Below are positions 23,022 through 32,809 of a stretch of 63,054 nucleotides of DNA, in pieces. The notes beneath the pieces were generated by a model. That model had not been told where the DNA came from. It worked only from the letters and a program-made list of their open reading frames with translations, and searched no databases. The DNA is from Candidatus Pampinifervens sinense. Its GTDB lineage: Bacteria > Aquificota > Aquificia > Aquificales > Aquificaceae. The first letter of the stretch is position 1; every line of letters begins with the position of its first letter. The DNA lies in assembly GCA_037927135.1 (NCBI GenBank), contig JAXSPP010000003.1:104471-167524 (forward strand), in the 5' to 3' direction. The position numbers were made by a program, and so were the translations under genes.

Positions 23022-23079
23022 TATAATATAAACCATGGGGGGTTTTGATATATAATATAAACCATGGGGGGTTTTGATA
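23022..23079 (+). repeat. Exact 29-bp tandem duplication containing the -10 box and start codon
   Basis: tataatataaaccatggggggttttgata at 23022-23050 and again at 23051-23079. Confidence 0.97.
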
Positions 23080-26000
23080 GTGTCCTTGGGTTTGTCTTTG
23101 AGGGGGCCTTTAAGCTGGGGTTTTTAAAAGATAGGATTCCTGACTATAAGGATTTTACTGAGGGTGTTTTTGCCAAGCTAAAGGGTGAAGCAGAAAGGGC
23201 AGAAGATGAAGAGCTTGTAAGAATAATAGAGGATATAGAGAGAGCCTTTGACAAGTATGATGTTTTTAATCCACCTGAGAATATGAGGGAGCTAAGCAGG
23301 CTTTATGTGAGTTATACAGAAGATGGGGAAGGGCAGGGTATAAGAAGGGAGTGGAAGGAGATATATACTAAGCTTGTCTTTGCCATAGGCTATGCAGGTG
23401 GGTATTTTTACAACAAGAGCCTTAAGGATGTGGAGCTTAAAAGGTATGAGATGGGGGAAGAGTCGGATGAGATCATATGGCAGAATGCGGACCTGGTCTT
23501 TGTGGAAGGTAAAACGCTTCATATAGTAGACTTTAAGCTTGGTGGAACGAGAAAGGTTTTAAGAGATATTTTAACTGGTTCAAGAAATAGGATACCTATA
23601 CAAACCTACGGTATACCAGTAAATCTGTCTTTGGGTGAGCTGGAGTTTTATAACTTTTTAGAGAAGTTTATGCAAGTGAAGGAAAAGTTGAGGGAGTCGG
23701 AGGATGTTTTTGTGGAAAATAAGGGGCTTTTGCAGGTGCTTTCTTATGCGGTAGATTTTCTCTGTTCTGAAGAGGATCCTATAGATGAGGTTAGCTTGGA
23801 GCTTTTGTATCCAGTGCAGGAGCCTTTGAGCCTTAGGTTTTTTGTAAAAAACAGAGAGGGGCTTGTAAAGTTTGCAGAGGAGTTAAAGGAGCTGTATAAG
23901 GATATAAAGGGTAAGGAAAAGCTTTATAGGGAAGTGGATGTAGAGCCAGAAAAGGAGGGGGCAAGGAAAAAGAGAGTAAGAGAAGAGGTAAGTAAAAGAA
24001 TTGGAGAGCTGGAAGAGGAGATAAAGAGAAGGGAAAAAGAAAAGCTTGTGCTTAAGACTGGAGATATAAATGCTGTTAGGGATGATGTTAAAAGAAGACT
24101 GGAAGATTTTATGAAAAGGCCTGAGCCTTGTAAGGCTATTGCACTTCTTCACTCCGCCGGTAGTGGAAAGACTTCAAGGACGAGGGAGCTTATACTTGGT
24201 ATGGAAGGGAAGCATGTGGTCCTTTATATGGCTACGCGCCTAATCCTTTTAAACAGAGAGATTGATAAACTTAGAGAGGTAAAAAAAGAGTCCTCTAAAA
24301 GTATAGAACTGGTTTATGAAAGGGGCAAGTATAAAGGTAATGTAGCCATAGATAGGGGTACTCATTTTAAGTCTGTGGGAGGGAAAAGAGAGGGTAAGCT
24401 ACAGGCTACGGTGAAGAAGATATATGAATTGGTGCAGGATAAAAGGCCAGATTTGGTGTGGGCCTTTGCCACCATTCAAAGCTTGGTAGAGACCGCCCGC
24501 GGTGGTAAAACTTCAGAACACTTAGATACACTTTTGGGACCATACTTTAAAGATTATCACATACACATAATCCTTGATGAATTCCTCGGTTATAAAAACG
24601 GCTTTTTTGCCATAATGGAGATGCTTAGGTTTTTAGAAAAAGTAAGAAGTAAAGGAAGGAAGGCAAGCCTTTATATCTTTGACGCCAACGGCTATTCTCC
24701 AAACCTTTTGTTAAAGCTTATGGAAGAGTATAAAGAGTTTGAAGTGGTGCCAGATTCCTTAGTTTTAAGCCAATATGAGGATGAGGTAAAGACCTATTAT
24801 AAAGACATTCCTTTTGAGGTATATGCCAAGCATGGCTTTCCAGCCAATGGACTTGTGGTAAGTAAGAAGTTTATTAGAGTGGAAAAGAAAGAAGAAATTC
24901 CAAAGCATTTGGCAAGTTATATAAAAGAAACCTTAAATAACAAGGAAAGCACGGGCTTTGCCTTTATTCAAGATAAGGAGATTATTAACGACCTTGTCAG
25001 AGAATTGGAAGTTTTTGGGCTTTCTTCCATAAGGGTGCATGCCAGTTCTAAAAAGAGCCAAGAGCAGATAAATAATGGCTGGGAAGATGTGATTTTAGGC
25101 ACTTCATCTGTTTCAAGGGGTCTTGACTTTAGCAGGCCACACAAGCCGGTGGATTATATATACATAGTGGTCCAATCATGGGGCATAGAAAACAACTTGG
25201 TGGAGACCATACAAGCCTTGTCGCGTTCAAGGGGGGATGAAATAACAGAGAACAGGCCAAAGCATCTTCATCTGATTTATATAATAGACCAAAATATAGA
25301 CAACGCCGTAGATAACATAGCCAGTTATATGGATCATCCTGACAAGGACCTTGTAAGGCTTATATACACAAAGGAACAGCTGGAAGGCTTTTTGGACCTT
25401 GATGTAGCTATCACAAAAATTGTAGAACAGTTCCTTTCAAAGCCAGAAGATAAGGTGCTTGTGCCAGTGCCTACACAACACAAGAGCAGGTATATAGACA
25501 ACGTAATATCCAGGTATGAAAACGCAGTAGCCTTTGTGGATGATATATATGATATAGAAAAGCAAGAGGATATACGCGATTTTAAGGAGCTTTTGAAAAA
25601 TATAGCGTACACCTATACATCCATCAAAAGGACTTTTCAGAAGTTTAGCTACTACCATCCTTACATACTCCTTGAGGATTATGAAATCTTTTTCCGCATA
25701 GACAATGAAAAAAGATGGAAGCTTAAAAAACTCTTTGAGAGTGTAAAACCTATCTTGAAAGAACACAATAATGAAAGAACGCAGGAGCTGGAGGAATTTT
25801 TGGAAGAAGTTTTGCCTACAGAGGAAAACAAAGCGCCGTTGATTATACCTGTTTATTCTATGGTTTTTGTAAATAACTGGCTAAGGGAAAATGAAAAGCT
25901 TGAGCTTAAGATAAGTAAGAGAGCTGGTAGGGGTAATGCGGAGGTCTTGGGTGGCGATTTGGAGCCAAGGACTCTTTGCTATTTGGGTAGTCATATAGAG

Positions 26001-26105
26001 TATGCCTGCATACCTTTGGGAGAAAACTATCCTTATAAAGAGGTTTTAAGTGGCAGGTTTGCCAAGTTTCCTGTAAAATTTATCAAAAGCCTTTTGGAGG
26101 GGTAA
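23064..26105 (+). CDS. RecB-type PD-(D/E)XK nuclease fused to a divergent SF2 helicase
   Basis: D143...D156-F-K158 plus Q224xxxY228; coiled-coil linker; HSAGSGKT (Walker A, K369), ILDEF (Walker B, D505/E506), GTSSVSRGLDF (motif V), QALSRSRG (motif VI). Confidence 0.8.
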   Translation: MGGFDSVLGFVFEGAFKLGFLKDRIPDYKDFTEGVFAKLKGEAERAEDEELVRIIEDIERAFDKYDVFNPPENMRELSRLYVSYTEDGEGQGIRREWKEIYTKLVFAIGYAGGYFYNKSLKDVELKRYEMGEESDEIIWQNADLVFVEGKTLHIVDFKLGGTRKVLRDILTGSRNRIPIQTYGIPVNLSLGELEFYNFLEKFMQVKEKLRESEDVFVENKGLLQVLSYAVDFLCSEEDPIDEVSLELLYPVQEPLSLRFFVKNREGLVKFAEELKELYKDIKGKEKLYREVDVEPEKEGARKKRVREEVSKRIGELEEEIKRREKEKLVLKTGDINAVRDDVKRRLEDFMKRPEPCKAIALLHSAGSGKTSRTRELILGMEGKHVVLYMATRLILLNREIDKLREVKKESSKSIELVYERGKYKGNVAIDRGTHFKSVGGKREGKLQATVKKIYELVQDKRPDLVWAFATIQSLVETARGGKTSEHLDTLLGPYFKDYHIHIILDEFLGYKNGFFAIMEMLRFLEKVRSKGRKASLYIFDANGYSPNLLLKLMEEYKEFEVVPDSLVLSQYEDEVKTYYKDIPFEVYAKHGFPANGLVVSKKFIRVEKKEEIPKHLASYIKETLNNKESTGFAFIQDKEIINDLVRELEVFGLSSIRVHASSKKSQEQINNGWEDVILGTSSVSRGLDFSRPHKPVDYIYIVVQSWGIENNLVETIQALSRSRGDEITENRPKHLHLIYIIDQNIDNAVDNIASYMDHPDKDLVRLIYTKEQLEGFLDLDVAITKIVEQFLSKPEDKVLVPVPTQHKSRYIDNVISRYENAVAFVDDIYDIEKQEDIRDFKELLKNIAYTYTSIKRTFQKFSYYHPYILLEDYEIFFRIDNEKRWKLKKLFESVKPILKEHNNERTQELEEFLEEVLPTEENKAPLIIPVYSMVFVNNWLRENEKLELKISKRAGRGNAEVLGGDLEPRTLCYLGSHIEYACIPLGENYPYKEVLSGRFAKFPVKFIKSLLEG

Positions 26106-26108
26106 AAA

Positions 26109-28439
26109 ATGTTTGAAAGCAGGTTTAGGATGGAAGATGAGAGGATGGATGCCTTTGCAAAGGGGGAGCATTATGGTAATAACTTTATGTATGCAGGCCT
26201 TTTCTATAGCTACTACCAGAGGTATATGGACAGTATAGCCAACTTCTTTCACAAGCTTGTAAGAAAGGAAGATGTGAAGGTCGCCTTTGAGAAGTTTTTA
26301 TACGAAGATAAGCCTGTGGAGGGTCCAGCTAAATACTCTATTGGTAAGCTGCAGGGGTGGTTAAAGCCTTGGGGCATATTTAAAAACACACAGACTGCCA
26401 GTTTTCCAAGGTCTGCACCAAACAGTAAGTTCAACGTGCTTGAACTAAAGGTTTCTCCATCTTCTGAAATGGGTGAGAAGGCTGGGCTTGTATTTTTGAA
26501 AATAAGGGGTTATAAGGATATGGAGTTTGGAAAGGAAGTAGAGTGGAGGGCAAAGAAGGACCTTATGGATGAGTGGATAAGGCTGAGTGAAAGCGAGGCG
26601 GTAAGGGAATACCTTAAGGAGGTAAGGGAAGTTTACAATCTTTTAGAGGATGCCCTACCGAGAGATTATTATAGACCTCCTACTTCAAGGATAGCCTACT
26701 ATCTTTTTCCTATAGAGCTAAGGTCTTTTGGCGGGTCTGTGATTGTTTCAAAGGCAAGCCTATACAAAAGAAGGGAAGAGACAAGGAAAGAGCTTTGGAA
26801 GGAAATATTGAAGGAGTTTGAATCTACAGAGGACAACAAAAGAGCTAAGAAGGATCTGGAGTTTGCTTTGGAAGAGAAAGGGAAAAAGCTTGATTATCTT
26901 GAAAAGCTTTTGGAGAAGGCTTTAGACCAAGATCATTTGAATACTTTGAGAAGGGACTGGAAGGAGTTTTTAAGAAAGTGTTTAAAGGGTGAAAGTGATA
27001 AGCTTTCTGCGGTCTTTGTGGGAAAGGTGCCAGAAAAGAATCCACCTTGGGTATCCTTTGGCACTTACCATATTCCGAGCGTGGAGCTTGAGCTTTATGT
27101 CTTTGCGGAAGAGGGCTTTGAGCTGGAAGTAAATGGAAAGACTTATAAGGCGGAGGATATAGTAAGGATTTTAAATAGGGAGTTTTTAAACTTTAGATTT
27201 TTGGGAAATGCCAAGATAAAGTTGGTAGGGTCTGTAAAGCTCCTGGATGAGCTCTTTGGCAAGAATGGTGCCCTTGAAATTATCAAAGGATACAATTTGG
27301 AAGAGAGAACGCTAAAAAACAAAGATTCTGTGGACCTTGTATATTCCCTTGCCTATTTTTCTGCGAGGCTTTCAAACCTTATAGCCCAGATAAAGGATGG
27401 AAAGCTTAAAAACAAGTTTGTGGGAATTTTAATACTTTTGAACACAGAGTTTGAGGAGGGTGATAGGTATGCCCTTTGGGATGTGGTTAGCTTCATTTAT
27501 GATTACTTTGGCGTGCCTGTTCAAACTATTACCAAAAGGTCCTTGCGGTCTATATTTGATAAAGATAAAAAGTCTGGTACAATAAAAAACCTTGCCATAA
27601 GCCTTTATAAAGATTCAAAAGTTTTAGAGGTTGAATTTGACGGCTTTGACCTTCCAAAGGAAGCTGTGGTCTATGCGGTGGTAGAAAAGCCATCACCTAG
27701 GTTTTTCTACAGACGTGGAGAGATAGATGGTGGGTCAAGACACTATCTTTATGAAGTCTATAAGATAAGCATAAAGGAAAAAAGGGCCAAGATAGAGCTG
27801 GAGAAAAAATATTTTGAACTGCATGGTATGAGGGAGCTTGGAATAGAAAGTTTTATTGAAGAAAAGAAGAATTATCAAAATACCAAGTTCTGTTTTATAA
27901 CCACCTTAAGAGATTCTAAGCTTGGAGAACTTTATACCAAGCTTTCCACTCCAGAAGAGGAACACAAATTTTTACTCATCAGGTATGACGAGCTTAAAAC
28001 GGCATACTTTTCCGATAAGTCAAGGCAAGATTGCTACATAGTCTATACACAGGAGATGAGAAAGCTTTTTGAAAGGCTTGGCATACCAATAGAAAAGGAT
28101 GTGGCGGCCATAGCCCTAAAGCCAGCCCATCCACCTTCCATGGAAGAGGATATGTACCATCCTTCTTTACAGCTTTTCTTTACAGAAAGGGTAGGCTGGG
28201 AAAGGGATGATGTCTATTCTGAAAGGAAAAACCTCTTCATCTTTACAGTCCTTGCCCTCTCTATGTATGAAAGCGAGTCCTATATGACACCTTTTAGCAA
28301 GCTTAGCCTTTGGACTAAGGAAAGAAACTATTATCTTACTATAAGAAGGAATTACAAAGAGTATACGTTTCCGTTAAAATCTGTACTTTATGAGATGCTT
28401 ATGTTTGTTCAGGAAAGGCCTGGTGGTAAAGAATCTTAG
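26109..28439 (+). CDS. Divergent prokaryotic Argonaute-like (MID-PIWI) protein, probably catalytically inactive
   Basis: MID-like VGILILL...Y...FGVPVQTIT (G468)...IKNLAISLYK (N494), then PIWI-like VVYAVVE, FITTLRD (R601-D602), KFLLIRY and LALSMYESE..TP in Argonaute order; 3 nt downstream of the nuclease-helicase. Confidence 0.6.
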   Translation: MFESRFRMEDERMDAFAKGEHYGNNFMYAGLFYSYYQRYMDSIANFFHKLVRKEDVKVAFEKFLYEDKPVEGPAKYSIGKLQGWLKPWGIFKNTQTASFPRSAPNSKFNVLELKVSPSSEMGEKAGLVFLKIRGYKDMEFGKEVEWRAKKDLMDEWIRLSESEAVREYLKEVREVYNLLEDALPRDYYRPPTSRIAYYLFPIELRSFGGSVIVSKASLYKRREETRKELWKEILKEFESTEDNKRAKKDLEFALEEKGKKLDYLEKLLEKALDQDHLNTLRRDWKEFLRKCLKGESDKLSAVFVGKVPEKNPPWVSFGTYHIPSVELELYVFAEEGFELEVNGKTYKAEDIVRILNREFLNFRFLGNAKIKLVGSVKLLDELFGKNGALEIIKGYNLEERTLKNKDSVDLVYSLAYFSARLSNLIAQIKDGKLKNKFVGILILLNTEFEEGDRYALWDVVSFIYDYFGVPVQTITKRSLRSIFDKDKKSGTIKNLAISLYKDSKVLEVEFDGFDLPKEAVVYAVVEKPSPRFFYRRGEIDGGSRHYLYEVYKISIKEKRAKIELEKKYFELHGMRELGIESFIEEKKNYQNTKFCFITTLRDSKLGELYTKLSTPEEEHKFLLIRYDELKTAYFSDKSRQDCYIVYTQEMRKLFERLGIPIEKDVAAIALKPAHPPSMEEDMYHPSLQLFFTERVGWERDDVYSERKNLFIFTVLALSMYESESYMTPFSKLSLWTKERNYYLTIRRNYKEYTFPLKSVLYEMLMFVQERPGGKES

Positions 28440-28448
28440 CTATAAAAC

Positions 28449-28522
<74 letters not shown>

Positions 28523-28535
28523 TAGCCAAAGTATT

Positions 28536-28564
28536 ATTATACTGCTAAATTTCTATCAAGTCAA
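28536..28564 (-). promoter_or_regulatory. Sigma-70 promoter of tRNA-fMet
   Basis: Minus strand TTGACT (28564-28559), 17 nt, TATAAT (28541-28536). Confidence 0.75.
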
Positions 28565-29612
28565 GAGGGACCTTTGAAAGAGGCTCTCCCACGCCTCTTA
28601 TTACAGCTACTATATTCTCAAGCCTTACACCAAACTTACCACCAAGGTATATGCCAGGCTCTATAGTAAAGACCATACCCTCCTCTATTACCACATCCTT
28701 GTCCATCCCCTTGTAATACACCCTTGGAAACTCGTGTATCTCTATGCCCACACCATGGCCAGTGGAGTGTATAAAGAACTTTCCATAGCCTTTCTTTTTT
28801 ATGTAGTCCCTTGCAGTCTTGTCTATCTCTGAAATCTTTCTTCCCACCTTTACCTTCTCAAGGGCAAAAAGATGGGCATCCTTTACTATGTTGTATATTT
28901 TTTTGAACTCTGAGCTTGCCCTTCCTAAATGCAAGGTGCGCGTAAAGTCTGTGCAATAACCTTTCCAAAGGAGGCCCATGTCTATCAAGAGGGGCTGGCC
29001 ATGCCTTATGGGCCTTGTGGATGTCTCCCAGTGGGGTATGGCGCTACCTTTACCGCTGGCCACTATGGCTGGAAAGCTCTCACCCATGGCGCCAGCCTTG
29101 AAAAACTCCGAAACAATAAGGGACCTTAATTCAAGCTCTGTCATGCCTTCCCTTATCCTGTTTAGTATGCTCATGTAGACCCTGTCGCTTATCCTTACTC
29201 CCTCTTGCATTAGGCTTATCTCTGTGCTGTCCTTTATGGCCCTCATATGCTTCAAAAAGCCAGCCTTGCCAATCCATCTGAGGCCGCCTTTTAGCCTCCT
29301 TCTGAACTCACAGCTTACCCTGTCCTCCTCATAGCCAACCTTGAAGGCACCTACCTTTTTAAGAAGCTTTTCAATAGCCTTTATCACATTGCCTTCCAAA
29401 AGGATCACATCCCAATCCTTTAGCTCCTCCTTTGCCTTCTGATAGTACCTTCCGTCCGTCAAAAGATGGTAGGAGTGCCTGCTTACTACCACATAGGCAT
29501 GGCTAGACCTAAAGCCAGAAAGGTAAAAGACGTTAGGCTGTGAAGAAAAGAGGAAGGCATCAAGATCATTTTTCTCCAAAAGCTCTTGAACTTTCGCTAT
29601 CCTTTCTCTCAT
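28545..29612 (-). CDS. Xaa-Pro aminopeptidase/dipeptidase (M24B)
   Basis: TDGRY, IDMG...YCTDFTRT, HSTGHGVGIEIHEFP, FTIEPGIY, GVRLEN. Confidence 0.95.
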   Translation of the reverse strand: MRERIAKVQELLEKNDLDAFLFSSQPNVFYLSGFRSSHAYVVVSRHSYHLLTDGRYYQKAKEELKDWDVILLEGNVIKAIEKLLKKVGAFKVGYEEDRVSCEFRRRLKGGLRWIGKAGFLKHMRAIKDSTEISLMQEGVRISDRVYMSILNRIREGMTELELRSLIVSEFFKAGAMGESFPAIVASGKGSAIPHWETSTRPIRHGQPLLIDMGLLWKGYCTDFTRTLHLGRASSEFKKIYNIVKDAHLFALEKVKVGRKISEIDKTARDYIKKKGYGKFFIHSTGHGVGIEIHEFPRVYYKGMDKDVVIEEGMVFTIEPGIYLGGKFGVRLENIVAVIRGVGEPLSKVPLDLIEI

Positions 29613-30685
29613 CTCTCAAGCATCCTTCTGTATTTGTTTACCGTCCTTCTTGCTATTTTAATACCTTTTTCTTGCAATATCCTAGAGAGCTCTGCGTCCG
29701 ACTTGCCCCTTCCTTCACCCTCCAGAAGTTCTTTTAAGGCCCTTAGAATCTCTTCCCTGCTTAGTCCTTCCTTCCCCTCCCTTACAAAGAAGAACCTAAG
29801 AGGGTATATGCCCATGGGTGTCCTCGCGTACTTCCTTCTTACTATCCTGCTGACGGTAGAAAGGCTCACGCCCGCCCTTTCTGCCACCTGACTGAGGGAC
29901 AGGCTTTTTAACGGCTCTCCCTTTAGCAAAAAGCCCTCCTGCCTTTCCAGTATTAGGTCGCATGCCACCCTCAAAACCCTCCTTCTTAGCTCAAGTATAA
30001 AGGCAAGGGGCTTTGAACCTTCTACCTCCAGAAAGTCATCCATTATGAAAACATACCACTGCTTTCCATCGTGCTCAAAGACCACATCCACACTACCGCT
30101 CTGATAGACAGTATCTTCTCCCTCAAAGGGGCTAAGCTTTAGCCTAGATAGCACCTCCCTTGCCCTAAGGCTCTTGCCCTTTCCCTTTAACGCTTCTAAG
30201 ACTTCCTTGTGCAGGTCCTTCTCCTTAGGGTATAGCTCTTCCAGCTGAAGAAGTATAAACTCCTCAAGGCTTTTGCAGGCAACGCCCAGAGGCTCAATCT
30301 CCCTCTTTATAAAGTCCCTTATGTCCTCCACATACTCTTGGCTCACCCCATAGTGCTTGGCTATCTCTCTTACATCTCCTACAAAAAAGCCCCTGTGGTC
30401 AAGGTTGGCAACTATCTCAAAGGCTATATCCAAATCTAGGCCATCAAACTCATACCTTATTTGCTCCTCCACCTTCCTTATCTCGCTCTCCTTGTAGCTT
30501 ATCTGAGGCTCTTTGTAATCTTGATAAAACCACCTTGGCCTTGTGCGCAGTGTTAGCTTTACATGTGGCTTTTTCTCTATCTCTTGAAGAAGCTCTTCCG
30601 AAGTTTTTGTAAGCAGTTCAAGGCCACCTTCAAGCCTCAAAAGTAGCTTTGGCTTTACTTGAGGTTCTAGCTTTATCCTCTTCAA
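29609..30685 (-). CDS. rpoN: RNA polymerase sigma-54 factor
   Basis: RpoN box IARRTVNKYR; HTH SLSTVSRIVRRKY; EPLGV and LLQL motifs. Confidence 0.93.
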   Translation of the reverse strand: MKRIKLEPQVKPKLLLRLEGGLELLTKTSEELLQEIEKKPHVKLTLRTRPRWFYQDYKEPQISYKESEIRKVEEQIRYEFDGLDLDIAFEIVANLDHRGFFVGDVREIAKHYGVSQEYVEDIRDFIKREIEPLGVACKSLEEFILLQLEELYPKEKDLHKEVLEALKGKGKSLRAREVLSRLKLSPFEGEDTVYQSGSVDVVFEHDGKQWYVFIMDDFLEVEGSKPLAFILELRRRVLRVACDLILERQEGFLLKGEPLKSLSLSQVAERAGVSLSTVSRIVRRKYARTPMGIYPLRFFFVREGKEGLSREEILRALKELLEGEGRGKSDAELSRILQEKGIKIARRTVNKYRRMLER

Positions 30686-31929
30686 ACCTTTTCCTCCTCC
30701 TTCTGGGTTATAAAGAGGCTAACTATCCTGTTTCCTTCCATCTTATCCACCACAAACTTAAAACCATCGTAGACAAACTCATCTCCTTCTTCGGGCACCT
30801 TTGAAAGCATGGCCATCACAAAGCCTCCAATGGTGTCATACTCGTAGTCTTCAGGAAGGCTAAAGCCTATCTCCTTTGCCACCCTCTCCACATCCACCCA
30901 ACCGCTCACCAAGTATGTGTTCTTTGAAAGCTTTATTATGTCCTCCTCCCAGCTCTCCTGCACATCGCCAAAGATATACTTCATTATGTCATAAACGCTC
31001 ACAAGGCCAGAGATCTCCCCATGTTCTCCCACCACCAAGGCTATCTGTGTGCCCTTGCTCCTCATCTCCTTTATAAGGTCTATTATGCTAAGTATTTCTG
31101 GCACAAAAAGGGCTTCCCTTTTTAGTTCTCCTAATTTTCTTTTTAAGTTTTCGGAAAGTGGCACAATGTCCTTTACATAGAGTATGCCCGTTATGTGGTC
31201 TGGGCTTTTTGAGTAGAGTGGTATTTTACTGTGTTTTTTCCTTATTATCTCCTCCAGGGCCTCCTCAAGGGTTAGCTCCTCCCACAACATAAAGATGTCT
31301 GGTTTTGGGGTCATTATCTCCTTTACTGTAATATCCCTTAGGCTTATGGCCCTTTCTACCGGTTCAATCTCCTTTTTGTCAAAGTAGCCCATGGATAGGC
31401 CTACCTCTATAAGCTCCAAAAAGGCCTCCCTTGGCTCCTTCTCCTTTTCCTCCACCTTTATCATCTCTATGAGCCTATTTACCGGCATGGAAAGGACTCT
31501 TCTTATGGGATACATAAGCTTGTGTATTAGGACAAAGGGTATGTAAAAGATGGGCGCAAGCCTTGTGGTAAAGGGTAGAACCATGTTTTTGGGTAGGACC
31601 TCACCAAAGAGGAAGATGAGGGTGCTTGAAAATAGGACTGCAATGCCCGCCCCCTTAGAGCCAAAAAGGTCTACAAAAAGCTTGGTGCCATAGGAAGATA
31701 TAAGTATATTTACAAGCTCGTTGCCTATGAGTATGGTCAAAAGCACTTCCCTTGGCTTTGAAAGGAGGCGAAGTAAGGCAGAGTATATGCGTCTTCTTCT
31801 TTTTAGTTTGAGTAAGTAGGGGTTTGCTCCAAAGAAGACCACTTCGGAAGAGCTAAAGAAGCCAGAGAGGAAAAGTAGAAAGGTGAATATTAGCACTTCA
31901 GTATAGATTGCATGAGAGGATGCGTCCAT
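30682..31929 (-). CDS. Hemolysin/CNNM-family CBS-CorC membrane protein
   Basis: SGFFSSSEV, TILIGNELVN, FGEVLPK, CBS pair, C-terminal YDTIGGFV CorC domain. Confidence 0.9.
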   Translation of the reverse strand: MDASSHAIYTEVLIFTFLLFLSGFFSSSEVVFFGANPYLLKLKRRRRIYSALLRLLSKPREVLLTILIGNELVNILISSYGTKLFVDLFGSKGAGIAVLFSSTLIFLFGEVLPKNMVLPFTTRLAPIFYIPFVLIHKLMYPIRRVLSMPVNRLIEMIKVEEKEKEPREAFLELIEVGLSMGYFDKKEIEPVERAISLRDITVKEIMTPKPDIFMLWEELTLEEALEEIIRKKHSKIPLYSKSPDHITGILYVKDIVPLSENLKRKLGELKREALFVPEILSIIDLIKEMRSKGTQIALVVGEHGEISGLVSVYDIMKYIFGDVQESWEEDIIKLSKNTYLVSGWVDVERVAKEIGFSLPEDYEYDTIGGFVMAMLSKVPEEGDEFVYDGFKFVVDKMEGNRIVSLFITQKEEEKV

Positions 31930-32809
31930 CCACCATTACCTCCTTAACTCCTTCTTTACACTCCTTTAACCTATACTTGCACTGGGACAAAAAGGGGCAT
32001 ACACCTTCCCATTCCTCTTGGGGCATATCTTCCAGATAGGTTTTCCTTTGAGAGGGGTGTTTTACAGGCATGGTGCTGATAAGGTATTGGGTGTAGGGAT
32101 GGAGTGGTCTTTTTAGCACTTCTTGAGCACTTCCCATCTCCATTATTCTACCTTTATAAAGAACGGCCACCCTATCACCTATCCTTTCCACAGCCCTTAG
32201 GTCATGGGTGATAAGCAGGGTGCTTATACCCTCTTCCTTTAATTTTAAAAATAGGTCCAAGATGCCCGCACGGTAGGACATATCCAAGGAGGAGGTTGGC
32301 TCATCCGCCACTATAAGCTTGGGCTTTAGAACAATAGCCCTTGCTATGGCAACCCTCTGCCTTTGACCGCCCGAAAGATTTTCTGGCCTTCTTTCCAAAA
32401 ACTCCTCACCAAGCCCAGCCTTTTGCAAAGCTTCTATCACCTTTTCCTTTCTTTGAGAGATGCCATGCACCAAAAGTGGCTCTTCCACAATCTCTGAAAC
32501 CTTCATGCGAGGGTTTAGTGAGGTCCTTGGGTCCTGAAAGACTGCAGAAACAAGCTTGGTGTATTCCCTTCCCATTTTAAGGGGGTCATTGCCTTCAAAG
32601 TGTATAAGGCCAGATGTGGGCCTTTCAAGCCTTAGTATTAGTTTGCCTATGGTGCTTTTGCCAGAGCCAGACTCCCCAACTAAAGAAAAGACCTCGCCAT
32701 GGCTTATAGAAAGGCTTACATCCCTCACAGCCCAAACAAGCCTCTTTGTAAAAAGTCCTACTTTAAAAAGCTTGGAAACTTTTTCCAAACTGAGAAGACT
32801 ACTCTTCAT
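31898..32809 (-). CDS. Oligopeptide/dipeptide ABC transporter ATP-binding subunit (OppF/AppF-like)
   Basis: [31 protein letters not shown] and a Cys-containing C-terminal domain. Confidence 0.92.
   Translation of the reverse strand: MKSSLLSLEKVSKLFKVGLFTKRLVWAVRDVSLSISHGEVFSLVGESGSGKSTIGKLILRLERPTSGLIHFEGNDPLKMGREYTKLVSAVFQDPRTSLNPRMKVSEIVEEPLLVHGISQRKEKVIEALQKAGLGEEFLERRPENLSGGQRQRVAIARAIVLKPKLIVADEPTSSLDMSYRAGILDLFLKLKEEGISTLLITHDLRAVERIGDRVAVLYKGRIMEMGSAQEVLKRPLHPYTQYLISTMPVKHPSQRKTYLEDMPQEEWEGVCPFLSQCKYRLKECKEGVKEVMVDGRILSCNLY

Larger units (their letters stand above)
12198..28448 (+). other. Defence/accessory island next to the tRNA-fMet 3' end
   Basis: Ten co-oriented non-housekeeping genes (HEPN, helicases, methyltransferase, ATPase/PIN, Ago-like), AT-rich parts, ending 9 nt from the tRNA. 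No integrase seen. Confidence 0.75.

Noticed and set aside
23064-26105. Cas3 or Cas4 assignment for the nuclease-helicase
   Set aside because: No HD domain, no Cas4 cysteine cluster, and no cas operon or array nearby.
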